From Mayamaea pseudoterrestris (lineage: Eukaryota), in assembly GCA_027923505.1 (NCBI GenBank), contig BROI01000013.1, positions 868,001-922,795 on the forward strand: a stretch of DNA of 54,795 nt, in the 5' to 3' direction. This document shows, piece by piece, positions 22,901 to 34,726 of the stretch. Within the stretch, counting starts at the first letter, position 1. The number at the start of each line of letters is the position of its first letter. The notes beneath the pieces were generated by a model. The model was given only the letters and a program-made list of their open reading frames with translations, was not told where the DNA came from and made no database searches. The position numbers and the translations under genes were made by a program.

Positions 22901-25900
22901 GGTGGCCAGGGCATGGGGCGTTTGACAGGGAAGAATCTGCAACTTGTGGTGTTGGCCATACCCACAGTGGAGGCCGTACCCATGTTTTCAGCCTCCAGGC
23001 AGTCCTTTTTGCACCATTTGAGACTCTGCACCTGTCAATGGCATACCCTGGACATGTTTTGCCTGACTCATTGGGTATTTGGGTGGCCAGGGCATGGGGC
23101 GTTTGACAGGGAAGAATCTGCAACTTGTGGTGTTGGCCATACCCACAGTGGAGGCCGTACCCATGTTTTCAGCCTCCAGGCAGTCCTTTTTGCACCATTT
23201 GAGACTCTGCACCTGTCAATGGCATACCCTGGACATGTTTTGCCTGACTCATTGGGTATTTGGGTGGCCAGGGCATGGGGCGTTTGACAGGGAAGAATCT
23301 GCAACTTGTGGTGTTGGCCATACCCACAGTGGAGGCCGTACCCATGTTGTCAGCCTCCAGGCAGTCCTTTTTGCACCATTTGAGACTCTGCACCTGTCAA
23401 TGGCATACCCTGGACATGTTTTGCCTGACTCATTGGGTATTTGGGTGGCCAGGGCATGGGGCGTTTGACAGGGAAGAATCTGCAACTTGTGGTGTTGGCC
23501 ATACCCACAGTGGAGGCCGTACCCATGTTGTCAGCCTCCAGGCAGTCCTTTTTGCACCATTTGAGACTATGCACCTGTCAATGGCATACCCTGGACATGT
23601 TTTGCCTGACTCATTGGGTATTTGGGTGGCCAGGGCATGGGGCGTTTGACAGGGAAGAATCTGCAACTTGTGGTGTTGGCCATACCCACAGTGGAGGCCG
23701 TACCCATGGTGTCAGCCTCCAGGCAGTCCTTTTTGCACCATTTGAGACTCTGCACCTGTCAATGGCATCCCCTGGACATGTTTTGCCTGACTCATTGGGT
23801 ATTTGGGTGGCCAGGGCATGGGGCGTTTGACAGGGAAGAATCTGCAACTTGTGGTGCTGGCCATCCCGCGCCACATCGCGCGGTGGCCCCAGGGTGCGTA
23901 CCCATGTTGTCAGCCTCCAGGCAGTCCTTTTTGCACCATTTGAGACTCTGCACCTGTCAATGGCATCCCCTGGACATGTTTTGCCTGACTCATTGGGTAT
24001 TTGGGTGGCCAGGGCATGGGGCGTTTGACAGGGAAGAATCTGCAACTTGTGGTGTTGGCCATACCCACAGTGGAGGCCGTACCCATGTTGTCAGCCTCCA
24101 GGCAGTCCTTTTTGCACCATTTGAGACTCTGCACCTGTCAATGGCATACCCTGGACATGTTTTGCCTGACTCATTGGGTATTTGGGTGGCCAGGGCATGG
24201 GGCGTTTGACAGGGAAGAATCTGCAACTTGTGGTGTTGGCCATACCCACAGTGGAGGCCGTACCCATGTTGTCAGCCTCCAGGCAGTCCTTTTTGCACCA
24301 TTTGAGACTCTGCACCTGTCAATGGCATACCCTGGACATGTTTTGCCTGACTCATTGGGTATTTGGGTGGCCAGGGCATGGGGCGTTTGACAGGGAAGAA
24401 TCTGCAACTTGTGGTGTTGGCCATACCCACAGTGGAGGCCGTACCCATGGTGTCAGCCTCCAGGCAGTCCTTTTTGCACCATTTGAGACTCTGCACCTGT
24501 CAATGGCATACCCTGGACATGTTTTGCCTGACTCATTGGGTATTTGGGTGGCCAGGGCATGGGGCGTTTGACAGGGAAGAATCTGCAACTTGTGGTGTTG
24601 GCCATACCCACAGTGGAGGCCGTACCCATGGTGTCAGCCTCCAGGCAGTCCTTTTTGCACCATTTGAGACTCTGCACCTGTCAATGGCATCCCCTGGACA
24701 TGTTTTGCCTGACTCATTGGGTATTTGGGTGGCCAGGGCATGGGGCGTTTGACAGGGAAGAATCTGCAACTTGTGGTGTTGGCCATACCCACAGTGGAGG
24801 CCGTACCCATGTTGTCAGCCTCCAGGCAGTCCTTTTTGCACCATTTGAGACTCTGCACCTGTCAATGGCATCCCCTGGACATGTTTTGCCTGACTCATTG
24901 GGTATTTGGGTGGCCAGGGCATGGGGCGTTTGACAGGGAAGAATCTGCAACTTGTGGTGTTGGCCATACCCACAGTGGAGGCCGTACCCATGTTGTCAGC
25001 CTCCAGGCAGTCCTTTTTGCACCATTTGAGACTCTGCACCTGTCAATGGCATACCCTGGACATGTTTTGCCTGACTCATTGGGTATTTGGGTGGCCAGGG
25101 CATGGGGCGTATGAGGGGTAAGAATCTGCAACTTGTGGTGTTGGCCATCCCACAGGGGAAGGCCGTCCCATGGTGTCAGCCTCCAGGCAGTCCTTTTTGC
25201 ACCATTTGAGACTCTGCACCTGTCAATGGCATACCCTGGACATGTTTTGCCTGACTCATTGGGTATTTGGGTGGCCAGGGCATGGGGCGTTTGACAGGGA
25301 AGAATCTGCAACTTGTGGTGTTGGCCATACCCACAGTGGAGGCCGTACCCATGTTGTCAGCCTCCAGGCAGTCCTTTTTGCACCATTTGAGACTCTGCAC
25401 CTGTCAATGGCATACCCTGGACATGTTTTGCCTGACTCATTGGGTATTTGGGTGGCCAGGGCATGGGGCGTTTGACAGGGAAGAATCTGCAACTTGTGGT
25501 GTTGGCCATACCCACAGTGGAGGCCGTACCCATGGTGTCAGCCTCCAGGCAGTCCTTTTTGCACCATTTGAGACTCTGCACCTGTCAATGGCATACCCTG
25601 GACATGTTTTGCCTGACTCATTGGGTATTTGGGTGGCCAGGGCATGGGGCGTTTGACAGGGAAGAATCTGCAACTTGTGGTGTTGGCCATACCCACAGTG
25701 GAGGCCGTACCCATGGTGTCAGCCTCCAGGCAGTCCTTTTTGCACCATTTGAGACTCTGCACCTGTCAATGGCATACCCTGGACATGTTTTGCCTGACTC
25801 ATTGGGTATTTGGGTGGCCAGGGCATGGGGCGTTTGACAGGGAAGAATCTGCAACTTGTGGTGTTGGCCATACCCACAGTGGAGGCCGTACCCATGTGGT

Positions 25901-26410
25901 GTCAGCCTCCAGGCAGTCCTTTTTGCACCATTTGAGACTCTGCACCTGTCAATGGCATCCCCTGGACATGTTTTGCCTGACTCATTGGGTATTTGGGTGG
26001 CCAGGGCATGGGGCGTTTGACAGGGAAGAATCTGCAACTTGTGGTGTTGGCCATACCCACAGTGGAGGCCGTACCCATGGTGTCAGCCTCCAGGCAGTCC
26101 TTTTTGCACCATTTGAGACTCTGCACCTGTCAATGGCATACCCTGGACATGTTTTGCCTGACTCATTGGGTATTTGGGTGGCCAGGGCATGGGGCGTTTG
26201 ACAGGGAAGAATCTGCAACTTGTGGTGTTGGCCATACCCACAGTGGAGGCCGTACCCATGGTGTCAGCCTCCAGGCAGTCCTTTTTGCACCATTTGAGAC
26301 TCTGCACCCGTCATGCCCCTCTTTTTGCCTGACTCATTGGGTATTTGGGTGGCCAGGGCATGGGGCGTTTGACAGGGAAGAATCTGCAACTTGTGGTGTT
26401 GGCCATACCG
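13960..26410. repeat. Satellite A: 181-bp monomer, ~68 near-identical tandem copies
   Basis: Unit TGCAACTTGTGGTGTTGGCCATACCCACAG...GGGGCGTTTGACAGGGAAGAATC recurs every 181 bp; about 54% GC with only 2 CpG per unit. Confidence 0.98.
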
Positions 26411-26875
26411 ACAGTAGGGAGAAAAGACGTTTCAAGCCTAAAGCCGGGCTTGAATCCTTGTTAGTACCTCTTGAGACGAAAGTCTGCACCTGTCAGCGCA
26501 TCCCCTGGCATGTATATTGTCTACCGTTCGTGTATTTGGTGGCCATCCCGTAGGCGGATGGCTCGTCCGTTTCAAATTGGCAGTATAGTCTTCACTGCTG
26601 GTGGTGTTTGCACGGCTTCGCTCTGTAGAGTCCGAACATTCGCTGTGTCCGCCGGTTCCGGTTCTGATGTACCTGCGGTAGTCTTTCACGTTGTCAGTCG
26701 TGAATTCTTCGGTACGGTGAAGTGTGTAGGGTTTGGGCCAGTGGCTGACTTTCATCTCGCCTCGTCGTAGGAGTGTGGTCGTGAACGGGATGTTCCGTGT
26801 CTTGGTGCCGCTGGGACCGTGTCGATGTCCTTTTCAATGTTGCTTTGTTCGTCGGCCAAAACGGGGATCCCAGCA
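26397..26875 (-). repeat. 3' LTR of the copia element (left end garbled with satellite A)
   Basis: Matches 36888-37414 and shares the end ...AACGGGGATCCCAGCA (5'-TG on the minus strand). Many indels relative to the other LTR. Confidence 0.9.
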
Positions 26876-29800
26876 CCCTTCCCTTGGAGAGCGATGGCTT
26901 CAGGCATTGAATCCATCTTGTAGTACTCATCCTCTCCAACTAGGATCCGTGCATGGCGATTGAAGGTAGAAAGGTCCAAGTTCTTGGTGAAGATGTCGGC
27001 AGTGTTCTTCTTGGTTTCAATGTACTTGACAAGGAGGATGCCGTGTTCTTTGAGCTCTCGAGCGAAGTTGTGGCGTACGTCAACATGGCGTGTGCGCCCT
27101 CCTGTCTTCCAGCTGTTGATGATGTCGATTGCGCCGCTGTTGTCCATTTCCAAGACCATTGGCAGTTGGACTTTGAGGCCTATTGACTGAAGAATGGCAT
27201 GTGTGTGTAGCATGTCTTGTATGACGTCGGTACCTGCGGACATTTCAGACTCAGTTACTGAAAGGGAGACGTGTTTCTGTAGGCGGCAAACTCTCGCGGA
27301 CGGAACACCTTCAGGTAGGTGATGCCACCGGAATGACTCTTGTGCTTGTCGGGATCCTTGGCGTAATTTGAGTGCGCTTCTGGCGCTGAGATAAAGACGT
27401 GGTTTGGGCCGGTATACTCGCGGTTTGGGAGGAACAGTCTGCCTCTCTTTGGTGTTGCACACATGTAGCGGATGGCTCGGCACGTCATGGCTTTCCCTGG
27501 GCTTTCTTCCCGTTTTGCTGATCATTTATGGCGTAGAGGTGTCTCTGGTCGAGACCATCGGGCGAGGTAAAGTAGTTTGCCTAGGCCTTGTCGAAGAGTC
27601 TCTGTTTTGTTGCTAGCGGAGCCCTTTGACGCATGGTACCTACAGTGGTGCAGGACCATGCCTCTTGGCGTTCGCCGGGGATGACTCGTCTTGTAAGCTT
27701 TGTAGGAGGACTGGTTGCGTCCATCGCATGTAGTTTTCGCCTCGTTCATCTTGCAACCGATGTATTCGTCCATTGCGCCGTCCCCTCTTCGCCGTCAAAG
27801 TGCTGTAGAAGTCTGTTTCTTTGTCTTCAATCATGTCTCGGGGCCGCTTAACAGGAGATCGTCGATGTGCGAGACGATGTGCATGTGGCGGTCGCCATCT
27901 TGTTTGTAAAACAGGCAAGGGTCGGCAACGCTCCGTTCAAAACCTATTTGTCGAAGTGCTTTGACCAGTTGGTCCCAGAACGCTCGCGCAGCTTGTTTAG
28001 TTCCGTATAGCGTGCGCTTGAGTAGCCAAACGTGATTGGGTGGATAGTCGTCTTGGAAACCTTCAGGTATGTGCATGTAACACTCGTGGCCTTCGTCAAA
28101 CGTGTGTGAGGAATGCTCCGCTTATATCGAAGATGTGTGGCTCGTATCCCATCATGATGGCAAGAGTTGTGACAATCTTGATGGACGTTGGCGATGCTAC
28201 TGGAGATGAGATCTTGTTGCTGTCGTAGTGGATTCCGTCTTCTTGTTCGTAGCCTCTTGCTGTGATTCGTGCTTTGTATGTGCCGTTTGACTTCTTCTTG
28301 AGCACCCACTTGCTTGTCATGCACTTTGTTCGAGGTGGTATCATGCTGCGTGAAACGACTTGGAATGTGCCGTGCTTGATGAGGTTGTCCTTCTCCTTGT
28401 GAATTGCCTTGATCCATTCGGGACGCTCTGGACTGCCCATGGCTTGCTTGAATTTGATCGTATGCAACTCTTCTGTGTTGATGAATCCGCCTCCAATGCC
28501 TGCTCCAACGCACGCAAACTCTCCGAGTGTGGGAATGGGAGACGCGTCGTAGAAGATGCTTGCACTAGACGGCGTGCTGGGCATGTCGCGGAAGAAGTAT
28601 TCAAAGGTGGAGTTCGTGGGTTCGTTTGGTGGTTCGCTTGTCTCGTCGAGGTTTAAATGGATTTCTGCAGGGATCAAGTCGGCGCTATGGAAGCTTTGTT
28701 GATCTTCATGGTCGTTTTCTTGTTGGTATGGCGAATCATGAACGGATGTATGTGTGTCGTCGTGAATCGTTGAAGAGGGAACGTGTAGGAGGTCGGCCAT
28801 GATGGCAAGTTGTTCTGGCGGTAGATCGATTTGCTGGTTTGTCGACTCGTCGCTTTCGTCTTGTGTCTCGGTGACTAGTATAGATGTTTTATCTTCATGG
28901 TCATCTGGGTTGAAACCCTTCCCGAGTTGAAGAGTCGGGCTGCAAACATTGGAGACTCGAGTCGTGATCACTGTTTCGATAGACGCTTGAGGTGCGGCTG
29001 GTTGAGGTGCGGGACGTCCATTTGCTCGTGTGAGCTCTTCTTCATATTCATCGTCGTCTGCATTAATGTCCCACAGCCCGATTGCTTGACTGTCTCCTGC
29101 ACTGCTATGGTCGTCGGCTCTTGGGACTAAGTCGGGTATGGAATCATTTAATGATACGGAGTCGTCGTCGCGCTCGTGTGATGGCTCGTAGGCAGCTTCG
29201 TAACGTTGATCTTGTGTAGGCAAACAGAAACTATCTTCGTTGCACCTGTCAATGGCATACGCTGTCACATGCGCTGCTGTACTCGGTATTTCGGGGTACC
29301 AGGGCATGGGGCGTTCGACGAGACTGATTCTGCATCTTGTGGTCGCCATGCCCACAGTGGAGTACCCTGCTTTTCAGCCTCGCAGTACTTTTTGCACATT
29401 TGGACTCTGCTGATCTGTCACTGGCATACCGTTGGCAGTTTTTTGCCTGACTCATTGGGAATTTGGGTGGCCAGGCATGGCGGCGAATGTTGCAGGGACT
29501 GATCGGTCAACTCGTTGGTGTTCTTGGCCTTTCTCACGTGGTGCGAGGCCACCATATTGTCGTGAGCCTGGCAGATGATCTTGAGCTTTGCGATCCTCGT
29601 GAGTGATTTGAGACTATGCACGTGTCTTTGAATTGCGTTTGCTTGGCGATCGGCGATTGTAGTATGCGCTCTTGGAGATTGAGGCGTATTGAGTATGTCT
29701 GTTCCTTCTTCTTGCGCGCTTGTTGGTGCATTCGCATTTGGGTGGTATATTGTAAGTGCAGTTGGATTGAAGGTGTCGGGCGCTGATTGGATTGAGTTTG

Positions 29801-31470
29801 TTGGTGAGGCTTCCGATGCTTCTGGAGTGTCATGGTCAATCAGATCAATCAGCGAGGTAGATCGTGTCAGGATGCGCTTTGTATGGAACGTTGGTTTCTT
29901 CTTGTTCTTGTCGTCTGGAGATTTCGCGGGTGGCGGCGGCAAATTCTCATGGTGATGCGGTGAGAAAAGACTGCTGTAGTTGCTGCTGCAGGAAATGACG
30001 TCAACGAGTGGTGTAGTGACGATTTCGTGACGCGGGGGCTTAGGTTGAAAGTACGGTCGGTGAAGAAATGTGACGTCCTTGACGTCATGTACGCGATTGG
30101 TCTCGGGATTGAAGACGCGATAGCATCTGCTCGGGTGATTTTTGCTGTAGCCGACAAAGATGCCTTGGAATCCTTTAGGTGCAAGATGAGACTTTAATCC
30201 GGATATCACGACAGTGACTGCTTCGCCGTATGGATGTAGATTCTTGATGATGGGCGACTCGGTGCCGTAGAAGTGTTTGAATCGAGTTGCTAGAGTGCCC
30301 TTGTGCTCGACGATAGCAAGATTGTCCATGTCGGTTGAGTATTCGAAGGCAGACGGTGCCAAATGAAACCGAATTGAAGGTGGAATGTTTTGGGCTGTGA
30401 ATATGGCGCGCGTGCGGTTGGTAAGCGTCGGGAATCCAATCTCGACAAGACTGTTCTGCTGTGGAGTGTCTCTTGCCGTCCATTCAATCTCGATTGGCAA
30501 TTTCCAAGCGGAGCTCTTCATTGACTTGGCTAATGCTTGGTTCTCTCCGGCGTTGTCCATTCGAAGGTATTTGACTGTAATGCCGCGTTGGATGAGATAG
30601 TAGAGCATCTGGCATGTCGGCTCGACGATTTCCCCTTTGGTGCGGTACATGGCGCTATGCTTGTAGCCTGTCGCTTCATCGACAATGAGTTGCCATTGCG
30701 GTTGAATGGAGGAGAATCCAAGTTCTGATTTGCTCTTCATGACTCTGAATGACGAAAGATCCATGTAGAGTCGCTCGCCTGGCTCTGTGGCTCGGATGCG
30801 CGGCGATATTTGAGGGACCGGTTGCTTCTTGGCTTTTCCTATTGCGCAGGCGACGCACTTGTTCTTGGACGATCCGTGTATTTCCCATCTGAAGTGTTTG
30901 GCAATTGCGAGTGTCATTTGAGGGCTTTGATGTCCACACAGCTCGTGCATTTGTTTATAGGAGAGACGGCGTGTCGGAAGCAAGTTGGCTGCAATCATGG
31001 CGAACTCGTTGCGAGGCGCTTGAACTAATGGCATTGGAATGACTCGTCTCAAGTACATGCAGTAAAGATGACCTCGCTTGGTAGGAATCAGCAAGTCGAA
31101 GACGATGGAGTGTTGGTTTTCTTTTTCTAGCCAGATCTTCTTGTTGCCGCTGCGGAGGTTCCATCCTGTCGCTAAACGTTGAGTGATGCTGAATAGATTG
31201 AAGGCACAGTCTGCAACGCATACCCGAGAGTGGAGGGCGTCGACCGAAGCTAATTGCCATGGTTTAAGTCGGCGAGCGACTTTTGATTTCCCATTGTGAT
31301 GCCTTCATTTCGTATCTGTCGGGCATCGAACAGGCCTTCTGGAGATGTGTGCAGTCGACGGTTGCTGCGTGTCCGGATTTCGGAATGCTTCAGTAGCCAA
31401 GTTGGGGACACGTATGGATCGTGGATAGATTGCGGACGATTGTTGGTGTTGTTTCCCGCGTGGATGGCGC
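26752..31470 (-). CDS. pol: Copia pol (protease, integrase, RT, RNase H), broken by several frameshifts
   Basis: Protease region EGITMGN and NLFSITQRLATGW. Integrase HHCC (HELCGH..CVAC), YMDL, RMDNAGEN, PQQNSLVE, GIFVGY. RT KWVLKKK..YKARITARGYEQ, DISGAFL, LYGTKQAARAFW, DPCLF, HIDDLLL. RNase H EMDNSGA, RTRHVDVR, ADIFTKNL. Confidence 0.9.
26876..26885 (-). other. Polypurine tract
   Basis: Minus strand AAGGGAAGGG immediately before the TG of the 3' LTR. Confidence 0.85.
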
Positions 31471-34400
31471 TACCGGTGTACCTCAGGATGCATTGGCTCT
31501 GGTAATGATTGTTTGTTGTGTTGGGTTGCGGGGCTGGAATCTGCGCCGCTGCGCTTCGCTGCGTGTCTGCCTCCGCCTTTTGCACGAGGGTCTAGTAGTT
31601 CCTGTCGTTCTGCTTCTCTCTCGCTTTCTGGAAATTGGTCGAGGTAGTTGAAAGTCGTTAAGTCTTTGCTGAATTCCAAGCCGACGTTGCGGAGGTCTTC
31701 TTCTAGTGTGCTGCGCGTTCGCAATGTTCCTTCGAGTGCTCGTCTTTTGACTTCCTTGGCAATTGCATGATCGATGACGACTTTTAAACGTTCGTCAAAC
31801 AGTGCTTCCTCGTCTTCTTCATTGATTTCTTCGAACCAGAAGATGAGATCCTTGAGGAAACGCCTTTGGCTGAAACGTTCAAGCATGCACAGTCGTGCGG
31901 CGCTTGCAGGGTTTGTCTCGATGTCTTGCTCATCCTTCTTTATTTGTTGGATGGTGGTTTCGTAGCGCGCTCGAGAAACGACATGCTCAGGCGCTTGATT
32001 GCGGTGTTCCCAGGATTGAAGAAAAGCTTGATAGCCTTCATAGGTGAAGGAGTCTGATCCGTAGCTTTGACTGCTCGGGTACGCATCTGAATCGTAAGTT
32101 GCGTCGTCTGAGTTGGTTTCTTCGTCGCCAGGATTGCTCATGATGATTTCGACTCGCTCTGTATCCCAGACTCGGAGACCAGTGAATTGGTAGTAGCGGT
32201 CTCGCGTTGAGTCGATTGCTTCTTGATGCGTAAAGGCGTGTGGCATGGCTATGTGCTCGAGAAAGAACTCTTGTAGATCGGCAAACATCACTTTTATGGC
32301 GTCTGACAGCTCGTATAGTGGGGGATTGATGAACAGGACGCTTTGCAAGACGTGGAATGGCGGTAGATCATTCGAGTTGGCTTGTGGCGGAATGTTGTTT
32401 GGAATTCTTGGAGCAAAGGTTGGATACAAGTGCTCGACTTCTTTTAGCTCGTCTGCTGTAAGGAAGTCTTTGGGTAGCCAGTCTCCTCGCCATTGCGCAA
32501 AGCTTGTCGCTACAAGTTCTTCTACACTTTCTTCTTCTTTCAATTCAATTGGAGGACTTGTTGTTGGAGTTGAATCCTTGTCGGCGCTGCAAGTTGTGAC
32601 GTTGTCGGTGCGCTCATGTGTGTCGCATTCGTTGGCGTTTGTGGTTGTTGGCTCAAGATTAGTGGCTTCAGTTGTGTCGCTGCTCGTTGTGACGTTATTG
32701 GTGCTTTGCGTAGCGTCGTAGCCATGGTAGGAATCGTTGAGGTTGCTTGCTTGTTCTTCAATTGATGTGTGGACTTGTTGCTCCGATTTACTTGGCTCGT
32801 CTTGTTTGTGAAATGGCAGACCCTTCCCGTCTTCTTGCTTCGTTTGCTCAAGTGTTTCAATGTTTTGAATTAAAGTGCTGAAGTGTCTCCGTTCTTGCTC
32901 GGTTGGAGTCTTGCTGTTGACAAATTCGTCTTCAAAGTCACTTTCTTCTTCATCACTTGTGCTTGGGTCGCCGCATATGGATGCCCAACTGCGTCCATTG
33001 AGATTTGACGATGGAAGATTTGGCTTTGGCTTTGGTGACTCACTCGTTGCGGACGACTTTGTTAAAGACACTAATTCGACGGCTTGCTTCTTGTTGGTGG
33101 AGCTTGACGTTGGTCTTGCACGTTTCGTTCGAGTTGTTGGTGGTGCTGGAGGCTGCTCGATTGATGAATCGTCTTCTGATGAATAGTCTTTAATCTGATG
33201 TGGCTGTAGACCGCGCCAATTGGTTTGTGGATATAAAGGCGACTGTGTTGGAGCTGCAGGAGTGCGAGTAGGGAGTGCTGGATAAGTTTCATCAACTAAG
33301 TCGGCATGTATGAAGGCAAATTCGCTCCTTGAGTTTGTAGAAGGATACCGGCGGCTTGAAGAGGAACGTTGCGAAGAGGAACGATGCGATCGCTGAGTCA
33401 ACTGAAGGGCTTCGTGTACTGCTGCAAGTCCTTGTTCGAGTAGTAATGGCGCTTGACGAGGCACTTGTTCACGCATAATGGTTCGCGGGTGAGGTTCTTG
33501 ATGATGGTTTTGATGATCAAGTTGGCGCGGTTGCTCTTGTTGATCTCGGCGACGATAATCATTGTCTCTTGGTTGGTCTCTTGCGCGCTCGTTGTTGCGA
33601 TTCTGTCGATAACGACGGTCTTCTTGCTGATCATCTTGTGGAAGACGACGATCTTGCTGTCGATTTGAATTGCGAGGACGCTCTCTTGGTCGTTCTAAAC
33701 CACGCTCTTGTTGCTCTCGTGCTTCTTCATCTTCCAATTGACGACGAGCTTCGATTGACAGGCGAGTGTTCCATCCTCGAGGACGACGATGGGCGTTTTC
33801 GACTCGTTCAAAGCAGTCGGCGCTTCGATGATATGGTTGATGGCAAAGGTAGCATTTGAATGATGGTGGATTTCGCGTGTTGTTATAGTTGGTTTGCGGG
33901 CGTTCATTGCGAGTTGGTGGTGCTTGATGTTGACGAGTGTTTTGTTGGCGTGAAGTTTCTTGTTGCGGCGGTTCTGGTTGCGCTGCATATAGAACAATCT
34001 CGTTGACTCCTTGTATTAAAGCTTCTTCATCTTCTGCTGCGTAAATCGTTTGGTAGATAGTCGACACGACGCCTTCCATTTCGGTCTTGGTCAGGGCGCG
34101 TTGCTTGGTCTTTTGCTCTTGCGCTAGAGCGAGGCAGTATTGAGGCGGCAGCTTGTTCATGAGCGTAGCCATCAGGTCTTCTGCAAGAAGTGTTTGGTTG
34201 AACTTGATGGCTTGCGATTGCATGAGGTCGATGAGGTCTTGAGGATTTGCTGTTGGTCGTTCGAGCTTGAGATTTTGAATGCTTCGTTGGTAAAGTGTTG
34301 GCGCCATGAACTTGTCTGGAGAGAACTTGATTTCCAATGCGTTGATAACTTTCCAAGCTTCGCCTCCTGGGTACTCGGTTGATTCTGCTCCGACAAGATG

Positions 34401-34718
34401 GTCGTTCAACTCAGGGAATGGCGACAGTGCGATGGAGAGCATTTGCATGAGCGTTTCGTTTTGCTTGCGTTCCGCTTGTTTGTTTCGAATGATTTGGATT
34501 TCGTCTGCTGTTGAGTTAGCTGTAGGATCAGTAATGACTTCATTTTGAGTAGCTGGTAAATGCTCGGGTCGACTGCCTCTTATAGGACGGCGACAGCCTG
34601 CAATTCTTGCATGATTCTTGAACTGGTTGAACCATGATGGAAAGGCTTCGATGGTGTTGGTTATCTTTGGCGTTTTGTAGAGCGCATTCATAGTGATATC
34701 TTCTTGTTGGTCGGTCAT
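31470..34718 (-). CDS. gag: Copia Gag with a long C-terminal extension (1082 aa; probably continuous with pol in the true sequence)
   Basis: FPSWFNQFKNHA, AWKVINALEIKF, and the zinc knuckle CYLCHQPYHRSADC (CX2CX4HX4C). Start context CAATCATGA. Confidence 0.9.
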   Translation of the reverse strand: MTDQQEDITMNALYKTPKITNTIEAFPSWFNQFKNHARIAGCRRPIRGSRPEHLPATQNEVITDPTANSTADEIQIIRNKQAERKQNETLMQMLSIALSPFPELNDHLVGAESTEYPGGEAWKVINALEIKFSPDKFMAPTLYQRSIQNLKLERPTANPQDLIDLMQSQAIKFNQTLLAEDLMATLMNKLPPQYCLALAQEQKTKQRALTKTEMEGVVSTIYQTIYAAEDEEALIQGVNEIVLYAAQPEPPQQETSRQQNTRQHQAPPTRNERPQTNYNNTRNPPSFKCYLCHQPYHRSADCFERVENAHRRPRGWNTRLSIEARRQLEDEEAREQQERGLERPRERPRNSNRQQDRRLPQDDQQEDRRYRQNRNNERARDQPRDNDYRRRDQQEQPRQLDHQNHHQEPHPRTIMREQVPRQAPLLLEQGLAAVHEALQLTQRSHRSSSQRSSSSRRYPSTNSRSEFAFIHADLVDETYPALPTRTPAAPTQSPLYPQTNWRGLQPHQIKDYSSEDDSSIEQPPAPPTTRTKRARPTSSSTNKKQAVELVSLTKSSATSESPKPKPNLPSSNLNGRSWASICGDPSTSDEEESDFEDEFVNSKTPTEQERRHFSTLIQNIETLEQTKQEDGKGLPFHKQDEPSKSEQQVHTSIEEQASNLNDSYHGYDATQSTNNVTTSSDTTEATNLEPTTTNANECDTHERTDNVTTCSADKDSTPTTSPPIELKEEESVEELVATSFAQWRGDWLPKDFLTADELKEVEHLYPTFAPRIPNNIPPQANSNDLPPFHVLQSVLFINPPLYELSDAIKVMFADLQEFFLEHIAMPHAFTHQEAIDSTRDRYYQFTGLRVWDTERVEIIMSNPGDEETNSDDATYDSDAYPSSQSYGSDSFTYEGYQAFLQSWEHRNQAPEHVVSRARYETTIQQIKKDEQDIETNPASAARLCMLERFSQRRFLKDLIFWFEEINEEDEEALFDERLKVVIDHAIAKEVKRRALEGTLRTRSTLEEDLRNVGLEFSKDLTTFNYLDQFPESEREAERQELLDPRAKGGGRHAAKRSGADSSPATQHNKQSLPEPMHPEVHR

Positions 34719-34726
34719 GATTGCGA

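Noticed and set aside
22130..25170. GC-rich aberrant monomers (22130-22215, 22685-22780, 23855-23900, 25110-25170) as spacer-like inserts
   Set aside because: They are garbled versions of the monomer and most likely base-calling or consensus errors.
13959..26400. Many repeated 60-200 aa ORFs in satellite A (and 88-aa ORFs in satellite B)
   Set aside because: Monomer lengths are not multiples of 3, so the ORFs are by-products of tandem repetition.
27855..27875. HIDD instead of YVDD at the RT active site
   Set aside because: The catalytic aspartates are retained, the first position varies among copia elements, and local sequence quality is poor.
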